From the NCBI RefSeq assembly GCF_000143415.4, contig NW_003314263.1, positions 622,165-686,164 of the forward strand: a DNA stretch of 64,000 nucleotides. Direction: 5' to 3'. A program made the position numbers and the translations under genes. Below, piece after piece: positions 34,001 to 46,990 of the stretch (positions are counted from its first letter, which is position 1; each line of letters opens with the position of its first letter). Origin of the DNA: Selaginella moellendorffii. Lineage: Eukaryota; Plantae; Lycopodiophyta. The notes beneath the pieces are model-generated. The model did not search any database. It had not been told where the DNA came from and saw only the letters and a list, made by a program, of their open reading frames with translations.

Positions 34001-37000
34001 ACGACCCCGGGGGCATCCCCCACACTTGGCGGTGCGCCCAAGCCAGCCCTTCCGGCCAAGGGTCCATAGCAACTGAGACTGGGTGTCCCCATCTCATTCA
34101 CCACGTCCTTGGTGCCACTTGCACCAAAGTGTTCAAGTTAGATATGCTGAGCCACACTAAGCAATCTAACCGTGCATCACGACTCCGAGGCATCCCTCGC
34201 TTGGCGGTGTGCCCAAACCAGTCTCCCCACTGAGAGTCCATGACGACCGAAATATGAGTGTCCCCATATTCCAAACCATCACCACGCCCTAGTGATTTGG
34301 GACTCGAACCCAAGCACTAGAGGGTCGGGACTCGAACCCAACCTCCGTATATGCATCTACGGACGGCATCACCCAGGATGCCTGGCGTGACTCCCCACTG
34401 CCAAGTCCTCTCACTTGACAAGCCTGTGATCATGCATGGACTCCTTTATATTTGGCCCCATGGCCCACCCTTTTTGAAGTCATCACCTTCAACTAGGGTA
34501 TTTGTTCCCCCCGACTTGCCAACCTCACTTGGCAAGTCCTCCGACCACTGTAACATGGTTCCTGCATAAGCGTGAAAGTCCTTGGTCATTGACTTTCGTT
34601 CAAAGCCCTCTCTTTGAACACTCGGGAACTACTTCCCTAACCTTGACAGCCTTGCCTCATGGCAAGCTTCAAGACCACGCTTCTGCTGCGCCATTCTGAT
34701 TTCGCGCGTTCTATGAACCATTTACACTTGGCCTTTCTAGGTACTAAGTTACCTAGAATCGTCTTTGGGAACCTTGAAGGAACTTTGTCCCTTAGCTTGC
34801 TAAGGCCTCCCTTTTTGCAAGCTTTCCAATTGCCACATAGTCTAACATGGACAATTCCATATTTTAGACTCTCCATGGCATCACGGTTGCTAGCGGCAAC
34901 ACCCTCGAGCCCCCACTTGATTCTCCACTCCCAGCTGGCATAACCAACCTTGGTTATGCCCTTCGATTCCTGTAGTTCAATTCTATCCCCTTACTTCTTG
35001 CTTTTGGCTTCACCCCTTTCCTTCGGTCATTCTCCTCCAGACCAGGAGGATAGCTTTGCACTTTCTATCATGCCTTAGCAAGTATCCTTAGGGATGAACC
35101 TACCCAATAGCCCATGGAGTGGTTCCTCAATCCGGGTATGCTCACCTTATAATCCCACACACTGGGATTACATTGTTGCTTATGGGCCTTTACATGCCCA
35201 TCACTAGCCTTGCCAAAATTCCATTTTTGGCTTTGTCCAACTTGGGTAGACAGTCCTCTCCTGTCTCCACAACCTTGGACATTTGGATAGCACCTTCTAT
35301 CCATCATTCGCTAGGGACTTAGTCCCTTGGGCCTTATCCATTGCCCTCGCGACATCAAACACCACCTTCTGGTGTTCTAGAGTGTTCGGGTGTCCTAGTG
35401 ATGGCTTTCTTGACAATGAGTATTTCCTTTTATGACATTAACTTACTATATCGCAACATAAGCAATTTATCCCCCGTAAGGGTATATCCAACTTCCCTAT
35501 GCTATTAAGAAGTCTTGGGTAGCTACCTTCTACCCGTTTAACCAGTTATTTTGCACCTCTTGCTTAGTTGCCTCATAGTTGTCAAGTCTTACAACTCATT
35601 GCTTGGTGCTTCCACACCTCCATCATTATCTGGGTCACCACACTCTTACTGCATGCTTTGCAGCTTAGGCTACGCCATTCCCATTTCCATTGGGATTCCT
35701 TTGGCAAGGGGTTCTCATGAACCCACCAACATAGCCTCAAGGTATCACACTTTGGCACATTTGGTGTCTCCACACCATCGGCTCCACGAGCCTACCTCTA
35801 GGACACTACTTATTAGTGTCTAGGTCTCGCCAAGGCCAATATAGTTGTTTCTTATGCCAATTATCCATTAGCATTGCACCATAATGTTTGCACCCAACTC
35901 TGGGCCAAAGTTGCTTTCTTTTGGGAGCATCTTTCCCACAACTTTAGCATGGCACATTCTGCCATCAATGAGATACCTACTGTTCTCATACTTGGATCTT
36001 ATGATTCTCCCCATATCTCATGGGGCACCATACACCTCAGTCCAAATGCTTCAACCAATCCCTTAGGACTGTTTCTTGACTCCACTTGAGTCATCCAGCA
36101 TTTTAGACTTTGCTAATCCAACGACCTGCGAGGTCTTGGTCTTCGAGGTGCCAACTTGCTGGAATACAACTTCTTGTATTCAGGTCCTGCTCACAAGGAC
36201 CATCTTTGCAAGTGTTCCTCCGACACTTGATTTGTTCTCTTGGGGCAACTTTTTGCCCCTTAGGACCACTTGTCCATGTGATGAGAATACCAACTCATCC
36301 TCTAAGTACACCCCCAACTCCTTGGGTTGTTCCCTCATTTATAAGAGGTAGCCCCGGCTACCATTTCAAGGACTTGAGTCCTCTTCTGTATTTGACCTCC
36401 CACGGTCATTACTTCTAGTCTCACATTCATGAGCACCAACCTCAACTATATGAGGATAATCTTGTGACTCTCTTATTGTTTTGGAGTCTTTATCTTTCCT
36501 GTGATCCCAACTTTAGTTGTTTACCACAACTACGTTGGCCATTTACTGAGTCAAACGCTCATCTGGATCACATCCTCAACTCTTTGAGGAAAACCATATA
36601 CTGTTCCCAAGATCCCAAAGTCGTTCCTTTACTGGCCCCTTTTCTATCCACCACATCGCGCCCAAGTCACGCATGAACTTGAGTGGAGAGCCATGTCCTC
36701 TCAGCATGCTACTCCTCAAGGATAAGCCCACTCCTAGTACCTTCCAATGCCAATATCAATGGTGATATACTTGAGCACCAATAAAAGTCGGACTAAGGAA
36801 CAGCTCCGATACCAAATTGTAAGCGACTAAATTTTCCATTCTACTTTAGTCACTTAACCACACCTCCGACCACTTGGAGGAGTCTCATTCACAACCTCCA
36901 TAAGTCCAATCCAGGACTTGGGACTTGCTAGCCCCAAGAATGGCATCCATGCCACTCAACATTTGCACTTGGTCCAAGTGCTCCACGTGTCCGATCCCAT

Positions 37001-38383
37001 GACCGACACTCAAAGGTACCACTGACATGGCAGCCCGTTATGCTAAGGCCATGCCCAATCACCTTCGCCACACTGGTAGTCCAATACCACTTGCATCACA
37101 GTCTTGGCTCTCCAAGACTAGGCAAACCATCCGTGAGTGGTCATCTCAGATCCACTCCTTAGCATCCTTAGGATGCCCACCGACGAGGGGAATACCCTTC
37201 CCCAATATCCCTCTGTCAATCCCCACTAAGTCCCTTTCTGCCCCTAACCGTGTTTGCCAACACTACCACTGGATCGAGACCCACAGGCCCGACCACTAAG
37301 TCCCACGGTCCTCTGGGACTTCCTCACCACACGACTGTGTCCTTGGTCACTACCCCAGAGGACTGCTCCTCTTCCTTTCCACAGTCTGGGCCTTTGGGAC
37401 AACATTTCGGAACACTGTGGCCTTACGCGAGCCACCTAGGTACTCTCCCCGCCTTCCGCCCTTGGGTACTCTAGCCATGGGCTTAGAGCGAGGTTCCGTT
37501 GAGCCACGCTTGGTATCCAAGTAGGTAGTGCCACCCACACTTGGACTGGGAGCATCAGCCAGTCGATCTCCCGGGGGAACTAGAGCCGGCTCTTGAACAC
37601 TTCACCAAGCTACCCAGCTTGTCGGTCCGTATTCACTCTAGTCTTGGACTTCCCAGTGGTCAATTCATCACCCAACACTGGGTATGGCCTTCCTAGGCCA
37701 AACTGGTCCTTCCTGGGCCAAACTGGCCCTTCCTGGCCAAACTGGCTCCACTGGGCTCCAACCCCCACACTCTCCCTACTATACTTTTGGAACCCCCCGC
37801 AGCCCCCCCCCCCCTGGGAGACGATCGCTTTGGGCTTTCACCCAACTGCCTGTATTAGTATTCGGACTCGGACACGGGCTCGAACTCGGACTCGGTCTTG
37901 GTCTCGGTCCCGGTTTCGGACTCGGACTCGGTCTCGGTCTCGGTTTCGGCCTCGGTCTCGGTCTCGGTCTCGGGTCCATCTCGGACTCCATCTCGGACTC
38001 CATCTCGGGTCCATCTCGGACTCCATCTCGGGTCCATCTCGGACTCGATCTCGGACTCGATCTCGGACTCCATCTCGGACTCCATATCGGACTCCGTCTT
38101 GGTCCATCTCGGACTCCATCTCGGGTCCATCTCGGACTCGATCTCGGACTCCATCTCGGACTCCATCTCGGACTCCATTTCGGGTCCCTTTTTGGAGCCT
38201 CGCTTATTGCTCGTTTCGTGCTCATTCCTCGAGCACTTCGTTAGGAGTTCCACTCCCGCTCTCGACCTTTCAAGGTGGAGCTTTTGGCCCAAACATGTTA
38301 CACTCGTTTGGCTTTCGCTTCGGCCACTACCACGTGGCACCCTTCCGGCTCCACTTTGGGGCCTAGGGATTTTGTGTCTCACA
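31059..38383 (-). mobile_element. Complete non-autonomous (LARD-like) LTR retrotransposon, 7325 bp
   Basis: LTRs 36818-38383 and 31059-32782; PBS 36803-36814; PPT 32783-32796; TSD GAAGG on both sides; 4-kb internal region without gag/pol motifs. Confidence 0.95.
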
Positions 38384-39041
38384 GAAGGATGGGGGGGGGA
38401 TCATAGGATCCAAGGATGAGAATAGAGGGTATCTTATCGAAGGCAAAATGTGCCATGCTAAAGTCGTGGGAAAGGTGTTCCCAAAAAGAAAACAACTTTG
38501 ACACAAAGTTGTGTGTGACCTCTATGGTGCAGTGCTAACAAATGGTTGGCATGAGAAAGAGCAGTATTGGTCTTGGCAGAGAGACACAAAGAAGAAGTGT
38601 CATAGAGGTAGGCTCGTGAAGCCGATGGTGTGGAGACACCAAATGTGCCAAGGTGTGATACCTTGAGGCTATGTTGGTGGGTTCATGAGAACCCCTTGCC
38701 AAAGGAATCCCAATGGAAATGGGAATGGCATAGCCTAAGCGGCAGAGCATGCAGTTGGAGTGTGGTGACCCAGATAATGATGGAGGTGTGGAAGCACCAG
38801 CAATGAGTTGTAGGACTTGACAACTATGAGGCAACTAAGCAAGAGGTGCAAAATAATTGGTTAAATGGGTAGCAGGTAGCTACCCAAGCCTTCTTAATGG
38901 CATAGGGAAGTTGGACGTACCCTTACGGGGGATAAGTTGCTTATGTTGCGATATAGTAAGTTAATGTCATAAAAGGAAATACTCATTGTCAAGGAAGCCA
39001 TCATTGGGACACCCGAACACTCTAGAACACTAGGAGGTGGT

Positions 39042-40744
39042 TGTAAGCGACTAATTTTTCCATTTTACTTTAGTCACTTAACTGCACCTCTGACCACTTG
39101 GAGGAGTCTCATTCACAACCTCCATAAGTCCAACTCAGGACTTGGGGCTTGCTAACCCCGAGAATGGCATCCATGCCACTCAACCTTAGCACTTGGTCCA
39201 AGTGCTCCACGTGTCCGCTCCCATGATTGACACCCCAAGGTACCACCGACGTATCAGCCCGTTACGCTAAGGCCATGCCCATTTACCTTGGTCACACTAG
39301 TGGTCCAACACCACTTGCATTCCAATCCCGTCTCTCAAAGACTGGGTCATCCGTCCATGAGTGATCATCCCAGATCCACTCCTTAACATCCTTAGGATGC
39401 CTACAGACATGGGGAATAGCCTTCCCCAATATCTCTGTTCCGATCCCCACCAAGTCCCTTTCTGTCCTTGGCTGTGTTCGCCAACACTGCCACTGGATCA
39501 AGGCCCACCAGCCTGACCACTAAGTCCCACTACTATAGGACTTCCTCACTGTGTGACTGTGTCCTTGGTCACCACACCAGAGGGCTACCCCACTTCCTTT
39601 CCACAGTCTGGGACTTTGGGACACCATTTTGGAACACCGTGGTGTAAGCGACTAAATTTTCCATTCTACTTTAGTCACTTAACCACACCTCTGACCACTT
39701 GGAGGAGTCTCATTCACAACCTCCATAAATCCAATCCAGGACTTGGGACTTGCTAGCCCCGAGAATGGCATCCATGCCACTCAACATTTGCACTTGGTCC
39801 AAGTGCTCCACGTGTCCGATCCCATGACCGACACTCAAAGGTACCACCGACATAGCAGCCCGTTACGCTAAGGCCATGCCCAATCACCTTTGCCACACTG
39901 GTAGTCCAATACCACTTGCATCACCATCTTGGCTCTCCAAGACTAGGCAAACCATCCGTGAGTGGTCATCTCAGATCCACTCCTTAGCATCCTTAGGATG
40001 CCCACCGACAAGGGGAATAGCCTTCCCCAATATCCCTCTATCAGTCCCCACTAAGTCCCTTTCTGCCCCTGGCCGTGTTTGCCAACACTGCCACTGGATC
40101 GAGACCCACAGGCCCGACCACTAAGTCCCACGGTCCTCTGGGACTTCCTCACCACACGACTGTGTCCTTGGTCACTACCCCAGAGGACTGCTCCTCTTCC
40201 TTTCCACAGTCTGGGCCTTTGGGACAACATTTCGGAACACCGTGGCCTTACGCGAGCCACCTGGGTACTCTCCTCGCCTTCTGTCCTTGGGTGCTCTAGC
40301 CATGGGCTTAGAGCGGGTTCCGTTGAGCCACGACAGGTATCCAAGTAGGTAGTGCCACCCACACTTGGACTGGGAGCATCGGCCAGTCGATCTCCCGGGG
40401 GAACTAGAGCCGGCTCTTGAACACTTCACCAAGCTACCCCGCTTGTCGGTCTGTGTTCACTCTAGTCTTGGACTTCCCAGTGGGCAGCTCATCACCCAAC
40501 ACTGGGTCCGGCCTTCCTGGGCCAAACTGGCCTTTCCTGGCCAAACTGGCTCCACTGCAGTCCTCCCCCTACTATACTTTTGGAGCTCACCAAACCCCCC
40601 AGGGTCTGGGAGACGAACGCTTTGGGCTTTCACCCTCTCAGGCTCCGGACTCGGACTCGGACTCGGACTCGGACTCGGACTCGGACTCGGACTCGGGCTC
40701 GGGCTCGGTCTCGGCCTCGGCCTCGGTCTCGGTCTCGGTCCCGA

Positions 40745-40776
<32 letters not shown>

Positions 40777-42724
40777 CCGGTCTCGGTCTCGACTTCGTAC
40801 TCCATCTCGGACTCCATCTCGGACTCCATCTCGGACTCCATCTCGGGTCCATCTCGGACTCCATTTCGGGTCCATCTCGGACTCCATCTCGGGTCCATCT
40901 CGGACTCCATTTTGGGTCCATCTCGGACTCCATCTCGGACTCCATCTCGGGTCCATCTCGGACTCCATCTCGGACTCCATTTCGGGTCCATCTCGGGTCC
41001 ACCTCGGACTCCATTTCGGGTCCATCTTGGACTCCATCTCGGGTCCATCTCGGACTCCATTTCGGGTCCATCTCGGACTCCATCTCGGACTCCATCTCGG
41101 GTCCATCTCGGACTCCATCTCGGACTCCATCTCGGACTCCATTTCGGGTCCATCTCGGGTCCACCTCGGACTCCATCTCGGACTCCATCTCGGACTCCAT
41201 CTCGGGTCCATCTCGGACTCCATCTCGGACTCCATCTCGGGTCCATCTCGGACTCCACTTCGGACTCCAACTCGAGTCCATCTCGGACTCCACTTCGGAC
41301 TCCAACTCGAGTCCATCTCGGACTCCACTTCCACGTGTCATGTGTTGGTCCTTTTGGGTCCCTTTTTGGAGCCTCGCTTTTTGCTCGCTTCGTGCTCGTT
41401 CCTCGAGCACTTCGTTGGGAGTTCCATTCCCGCTCTTGACTTTTCAAGTTGGAGCTTTTGGTCCAAACGTGTTACGCTCGTTTGGCTCTCGCTTCAGCCA
41501 CTACCACGTGGCACCCTTTCCGGCTCCACTTTGGGGCCTAGGGATTTTGTGTCTCACACGTGGCCCTACGCGGGCCTCATGGGTACTCTCCCCGCCTTCC
41601 GCCTTTGGGTGCTCTAGCCATGGGCTTAGAGCGAGGTTCCGTTGAGCCACACCAGGTATCCAAGTAGGTAGTGCCACCCACACTTGGACTGGGAGCATCA
41701 GCCAGTCGATCTCCCGGGGGGTACTAGAGCCGACTCTTGAACACTTCACCAAGCTACCCCGCTTGTCGGTCCGTATTCACTCTAGTCTTGGACTTCCCAG
41801 TGGGCAGCTCATCACCCAACACTGGGTCCGGCCTTCCTGGGCCAAATTGGCCTTTCCCGGCCAAACTGGCTCCACTGCAGTCCTCCCCCTACTATACTTT
41901 TGAAGCTCACCAAACCCCCCAGGGTCTGGGAGACGAATGCTTTGGGCTTTCACCCTCTCAGACTCGAACTCGGACTCGGACTCAGACTCGGACTAGGGCT
42001 CGAGCTCGGGCTCGGTCTCGGGCTCGGCCTTGGTCTCGGCCTCGGCCTTGGTCTCGGTCTCGGTCCCGATCTCGGTCTCGGTCTCAGTCCCGGTTCCATC
42101 TCGGACTCTATCTCGGGTCCATCTCGGACTCCATCTCGGACTCCATCTCGGGTCCATCTCGGACTCCATCTCGGACTCCATCTCAGACTCCATCTCGGAC
42201 TCCATCTCAGACTCCATCTCGGACTCCATCTCGGGTCCATCTCGGACTCCATCTCGGGTCCATCTCGGACTCCATCTCGGGTCCATCTCGGACTCCATCT
42301 CGAACTCCATCTCGAACTCCATCTTGGGTCCATCTCGGGTCCACCTCGAACTCCATCTCGGACTCCATCTCGGACTCCATCTCGGGTCCTTCTCGGACTC
42401 CACTTCGGACTCCACTTTGGACTCAACTTCGGCCTCCAACTCGGGTCCATCTCGGACTCCACTTCGGACCCCAACTCGGGTCCATTTCGGACACTTCCAC
42501 GTGTCATGTGTTGGTCCTTTTTGGGTCCCTTTTTGGAGCCTTGCCTATGGCTCGCTTCGTGCTCATTCCTCGAGCGCTTCTTTGGGAGTTCCACTCCCGC
42601 TCTTGACTTTTCAAGTCGGAGCTTTAGGTCTAAATGTGTTACGCTCGTTTGGCTCTCGCTTCGGCCACTACCACGTGGCACCCTTCCGGCTCCACTTTGG
42701 GGCCTAGGGATTTTGTGTCTCACA
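39042..42724 (-). mobile_element. Solo LTR, itself interrupted by another solo LTR
   Basis: TSD GTGGT/ATGGT; the two halves 39042-39642 and 41564-42724 are colinear. Confidence 0.88.
39643..41558 (-). mobile_element. Solo LTR nested in a solo LTR
   Basis: TSD CGTGG (39638-39642 and 41559-41563). Confidence 0.95.
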
Positions 42725-45700
42725 ATGGTGTTTGATGTTGCGAGGGTAATAAATAAGGCCCAAGGGACTAAGTCCCTAGCAAATGATGGATAGAAGGTGC
42801 TATCCAAATGTCCAAAGGTGGCGGAAACAGGAGAAGACTTTCTACTCGAATTGGACAAAGCCAAAAATGGAATTTTGGCAAGGCTAGTGATGGGTATGTA
42901 AAGGCCCGTAAGGAACAACGTAATCTCGTTGTGTGGGATTATAGGGTGAGCATACCTGGATTAAGGAACCATTCCCTAAGCTATCGGGTAGGTTCATCCC
43001 TAAGAATACTTGCTAAGGCATGATAGAAAGTGCAAAGCTATCCTCCGGGTTCGGAGGAGAATGACCGAAGGAAAGGTGTGAAGCCAAAAGCAAGAAGTAA
43101 GGGGATAGAACCAAACCATAAGAATCGAAGGGCATAACCAAGGTTGGTTATGCTAGCTGGGAGTGGAGAATCAAGTGGGGGCTCGAGGGTGTTGCCGCTA
43201 ACAACCATGATACCATGGAGAGTCTAAAATATGGAATTGTCTATGTTAGACTATATGGTAATTGGAAAGCTTGCAAAAAGGGAGGCCTTAGCAAGCTAAG
43301 GGACAGAGTTCCTTCAAGGTTCCCAAAGATGATTCTAGGTAGCGTAGTACCTAGAAAGGCCAAGCGTAAATTGTTCAAGAAACGCGCGAAATCAGAGTGG
43401 CGCAGCAGAAGCGTGGTCTTGAAGCTTGCCATAAGGCAAGGCTATCAAGGTTAGGGAAGTAGTTCCCGAGTGTTCAAAGAGAGGGCTTTGAACGAAAGTC
43501 GATGACCAAAGGCTTTCACGCTTGTGCAGGAAGCATGTTACAGTGGTCGGAAGACTTGCCAAAGCGAGATTGGCAAGTCAGGGGAACAAATACCCTAGTT
43601 GAAAGTGATAACTTCAAAAAGGGTGGGCCATGGGGCCAAGCATGGAGGAGTCCATGCATGATCACAAACTTGTCAAGTGAGAGGACTTGGCAGTGTGGAG
43701 GAACTAGGTTCCTAAGCTGTGATCTATGGCGCGCTTTGAGTATAAGTTGGTGCACCGGCGTGGGGAGTCACGCCAGGCATCCTGGGTGATGCCGTCCGTA
43801 GATGCATATACGGAGGTTGGGTTCGAGTCCCGACCCTCTAGTGCTTGGGTTCGAGTCCCAACTCACTAGGGCGTGGTGATGGTTTGGAATATGAGGACAC
43901 TCATTTTTTGGTGGTCATGGACTCTCAGTGTGGGGACTGGCTTGGGCACACCGCCAAGCGAGGGATGCCTCGGAGTCGTGATGTACGGTTAGATTGCTTA
44001 GTATGGCTCAGCATATCTAACTTGAACACTTTGGTGCAAGTGGCACCAAGGACATGGTGAATGAGATGGGGACACCCAGTCTCAGTTGCTATGGACCCTT
44101 GGCCGGAAGGGCTGGCTTGGGCGCACCGTCAAGTGTGGGGGATGCCCCCAGGGTCGTAGTTAACAAGTTAAAGGTCTGGAAGACCTAGTACTTATTGGCA
44201 AACCTGTTAAGGTGTCGAGGTGAGATCATTAGGTGATCTTGTGGCTAAATAAGGACAAGGTCCTTGTTTGGGCTAAGGAATAAGGTTCCTAGTTCAAAGT
44301 GTTGATTTGAACTATTGATGATGGTGTGGCTTGGTCAAGGTGACCAAGTGGGAAAAGCACCTTAGGGAAATGAGCTATGTCATTGTGATGGCATAATGTG
44401 TCCAAGGAAAGTAGTCTCTAAAGAGACCCAAGGGAAGGTCACAAAGTTGGGCCGTGGATAGAGCCCACAGCAGAAGATGCTAAAGAGACGTACTAGGGGT
44501 GAACATCCTCCAGACTTGGCAAAGAAGAGTCTTTGCTATGGAACCGAAACAATACCTCAAGGAGGGAGGTAGAGATTCGATGTTGCTTGGTGCAACAATC
44601 AACGGATAGGAGCAAAAGATGAGTGGCCAAGATAGGGCCGTGGAATCCCTTGGAAGGAATCCAAGTGACAAAGTTAGGCGAGGAACACTAATGTGTTGGA
44701 CGCTAATAAATTGCAGGAAAGGAAGTGTGTTTCCAAGGATGGATTCCGAATTGCTTCGATTTGGCGAAAGTGGAAGCTCCAAGAGAGGGAGCGGTAAGAT
44801 AACTAAATGATAGAAGAGATAGAAAACGAAATAGAAGAGAGGATGATGGTGCCCTCGAGTAGAGAACTTCCTAGGATGGGAAGTGGAGTTGCACAAAAGG
44901 TGCAAGGCAAGGTATTGGAGACACCTAGGAAATTGACTCCAAGAAGTCAAAATTCAAAGTTCCAAAGTGCAAAGGTTATATCGATGGGAATTAAGACCAC
45001 TCGAGAATGAGTAGTGGGAATTGAGTTAGAGAAGATGTCTCTAACAGGTTTAGTGAGAATTGAACCAATAAAAGGGAGCAAACCACCCCAGGTGGTCGAA
45101 TAAATCTCTATGTTGGAAAGACTATGCTCCTTAGAGGATGGGCAAGGCATAGTGAGCCTTTAGTGTCAAACCATTAACGAATATGGAGAAGGTATGGTGA
45201 GCCTTCAATGTCAAACTATTGACAAATATTGACTAGGTGCCAAGGATGAAAATGGTAACACATGCGGGTGCTACTTTATAAAATAATTTATCATTCGATG
45301 AGGACATCGAACTTTGTCTATGGGTGGTGGAGTTGTGAGACACAAAATCCCTAGACCCCCAAAGTGGAGCCGGAAGGGTGCCACGTGGTAGTGGCCAAAG
45401 CGAAAGCCAAACAAGTGTAACACGTTTGGGCCAAAAGCTCTGACTTGAAAGGCAAACCATCCGTGAGTGGTCATCTCAGATCCACTCCTTAGCATCCTTA
45501 GGATGCCCACCGACGAGGGGAATAGCCTTCCCCAATATCCCTCTGTCAATCCCCACTAAGTCCCTTTCTGCCCCTGACCGTGTTTGCCAACACTACCACT
45601 GGATCGAGACCCACAGGCCCGACCACTAAGTCCCACGGTCCTTTGGGACTTCCTCACCACACGACTGTGTCCTTGGTCACTACCCCAGAGGACTGCTCCT

Positions 45701-46146
45701 CTTCCTTACCACAGTCTGGGCCTTTGGGACAACATTTCGGAACACCGTGGCCTTACGCGAGCCACCTGGGTACTCTCCCCGCCTTCTGCCTTTAGGTGCT
45801 CTAGCCATGGGCTTAGAGCGAGGTTCCATTGGGCCACGACAGGTATCCAAGTAGGTAGTGCCACCCACACTTGGACTGGGAGCATCGGCCAGTCGATCTC
45901 CCGGGGGAACTAGAGCCGGCTCTTGAACACTTCACCAAGCTACCCCACTTGTCGGTCTATGTTCACTCTAGTCTTGGACTTCCCAGTGGGCAGCTCATCA
46001 CCCAACACTGGGTCCGGCCTTCCTGGGCCAAACTGGCCTTTCCTGGCCAAACTGGCTCCACTGCAGTCCTCCCCCTACTATACTTTTGGAGCTCACCAAA
46101 CCCCCCAGGGTCTGGGAGACGAACACTTTGGGCTTTCACCCTCTCA

Positions 46147-46298
46147 GACTCGAACTCGGACTCGAACTCGGACTCGGACTCGGACTCGGACTCGGACTCG
46201 GACTCGGACTCGGACTCGGACTCGGACTCGGACTCGGACTCGGACTCGGACTCGGACTCGGACTCGGACTCGGACTCGGACTCGGACTCGGACTCGGA

Positions 46299-46345
<47 letters not shown>
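46147..46345 (+). repeat. (CTCGGA/CTCGGG)n hexamer microsatellite inside an LTR
   Basis: About 33 near-perfect units, versus about half that number in the sister LTR (52604-52705). Confidence 0.9.
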
Positions 46346-46385
46346 TCTCGGCCTTGGCCCTTGTCTCGGTCTCAGTCCCGGTCTC

Positions 46386-46990
46386 CACCCTGCCGAAAGC
46401 GCAGCGGCGCCACTACAAGAACGCGTTCCACGCGCTGACGCGGATTGGCAAAGACGAGGGCGTGCTGGCGCTGTGGAAGGGAGCCGGACCCACGGTTGTG
46501 AGGGCCATGGCGCTCAACATGGGAATGCTGGCATCTTACGACCAGAGCGTCAAAGTGTTCAAGGCGTTCCACTTCTCCGAGATTCCCACAGTGATAGGTT
46601 GGTGCTCCAGCCAGCCAGCACCACCACCACCACCTTTTCTCTAACACCTGCTTTTGCTTCCGCAGGCGCGAGTGCAGTGTCGGGTTTCTTTGCTTCTGCA
46701 TGCAGCCTACCCTTCGACTACGTTAAGACGCAAATACAAAAGATGCAGCTGGGGCCTGATGGCAAGTACCCCTTCTCGGGCTCTTTGGATTGCGCCGTCC
46801 AGACGTTCAAAAAGCACGGGCCTCTCAAGTTTTACACGGGCTTTGGAACGTATTGCGTGAGGATCGTGCCCCATGTCATGGTAGGCATATGCTATTTGTT
46901 CTCCCTCCACTCACCCGCTGGCGACCATTGCAGATGACATGGATATTCCTCAACCAGATACAAAAGTTAGAGACTCGCGTGGGCCTGTGA
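46386..46990 (+). pseudogene. DTC: Captured 3' half of a mitochondrial dicarboxylate/tricarboxylate carrier gene, introns retained
   Basis: TLPKAQRRHYKNAFHALTRI..GVLALWKGAGPTVVRAMALNMGMLASYDQS..G|ASAVSGFFASACSLPFDYVKTQIQKM..RIVPHVM|MTWIFLNQI; introns 46598-46665 and 46881-46933. Confidence 0.93.

Larger units (their letters stand above)
28471..45452 (+). mobile_element. Non-autonomous LTR element (5' LTR 28471-30256, PBS 30260-30271, PPT about 45320-45333, 3' LTR truncated at 45452) hosting nested insertions
   Basis: The internal region is continuous once 31059-38388 and 39042-42729 are removed. Confidence 0.88.

Noticed and set aside
32783-36817. Short ORFs (60-100 aa) in the internal region of the non-autonomous element
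   Set aside because: No recognisable motifs, and stops and frames differ between copies; recurrence reflects repeat copy number
40365-42918. Long ORFs resembling Ser-Asp repeat adhesins or RS/SR proteins (also 19490-20179, 28463-29316, 31834-32809, 37593-38419, 52379-53240)
   Set aside because: They are stop-free readings of the LTR 6/11/12-bp tandem arrays, open in several frames on both strands
43815-43861. tRNA gene or tRNA-derived SINE
   Set aside because: Only T-arm-like hairpins are visible; there is no recognisable acceptor stem, D-arm/A-box or anticodon arm
46386-46990. Functional DTC gene, or a 257-aa fusion ORF at 45871-46644
   Set aside because: The N-terminal half of the carrier is missing, the upstream frame is LTR microsatellite, and the ORF runs into an intron
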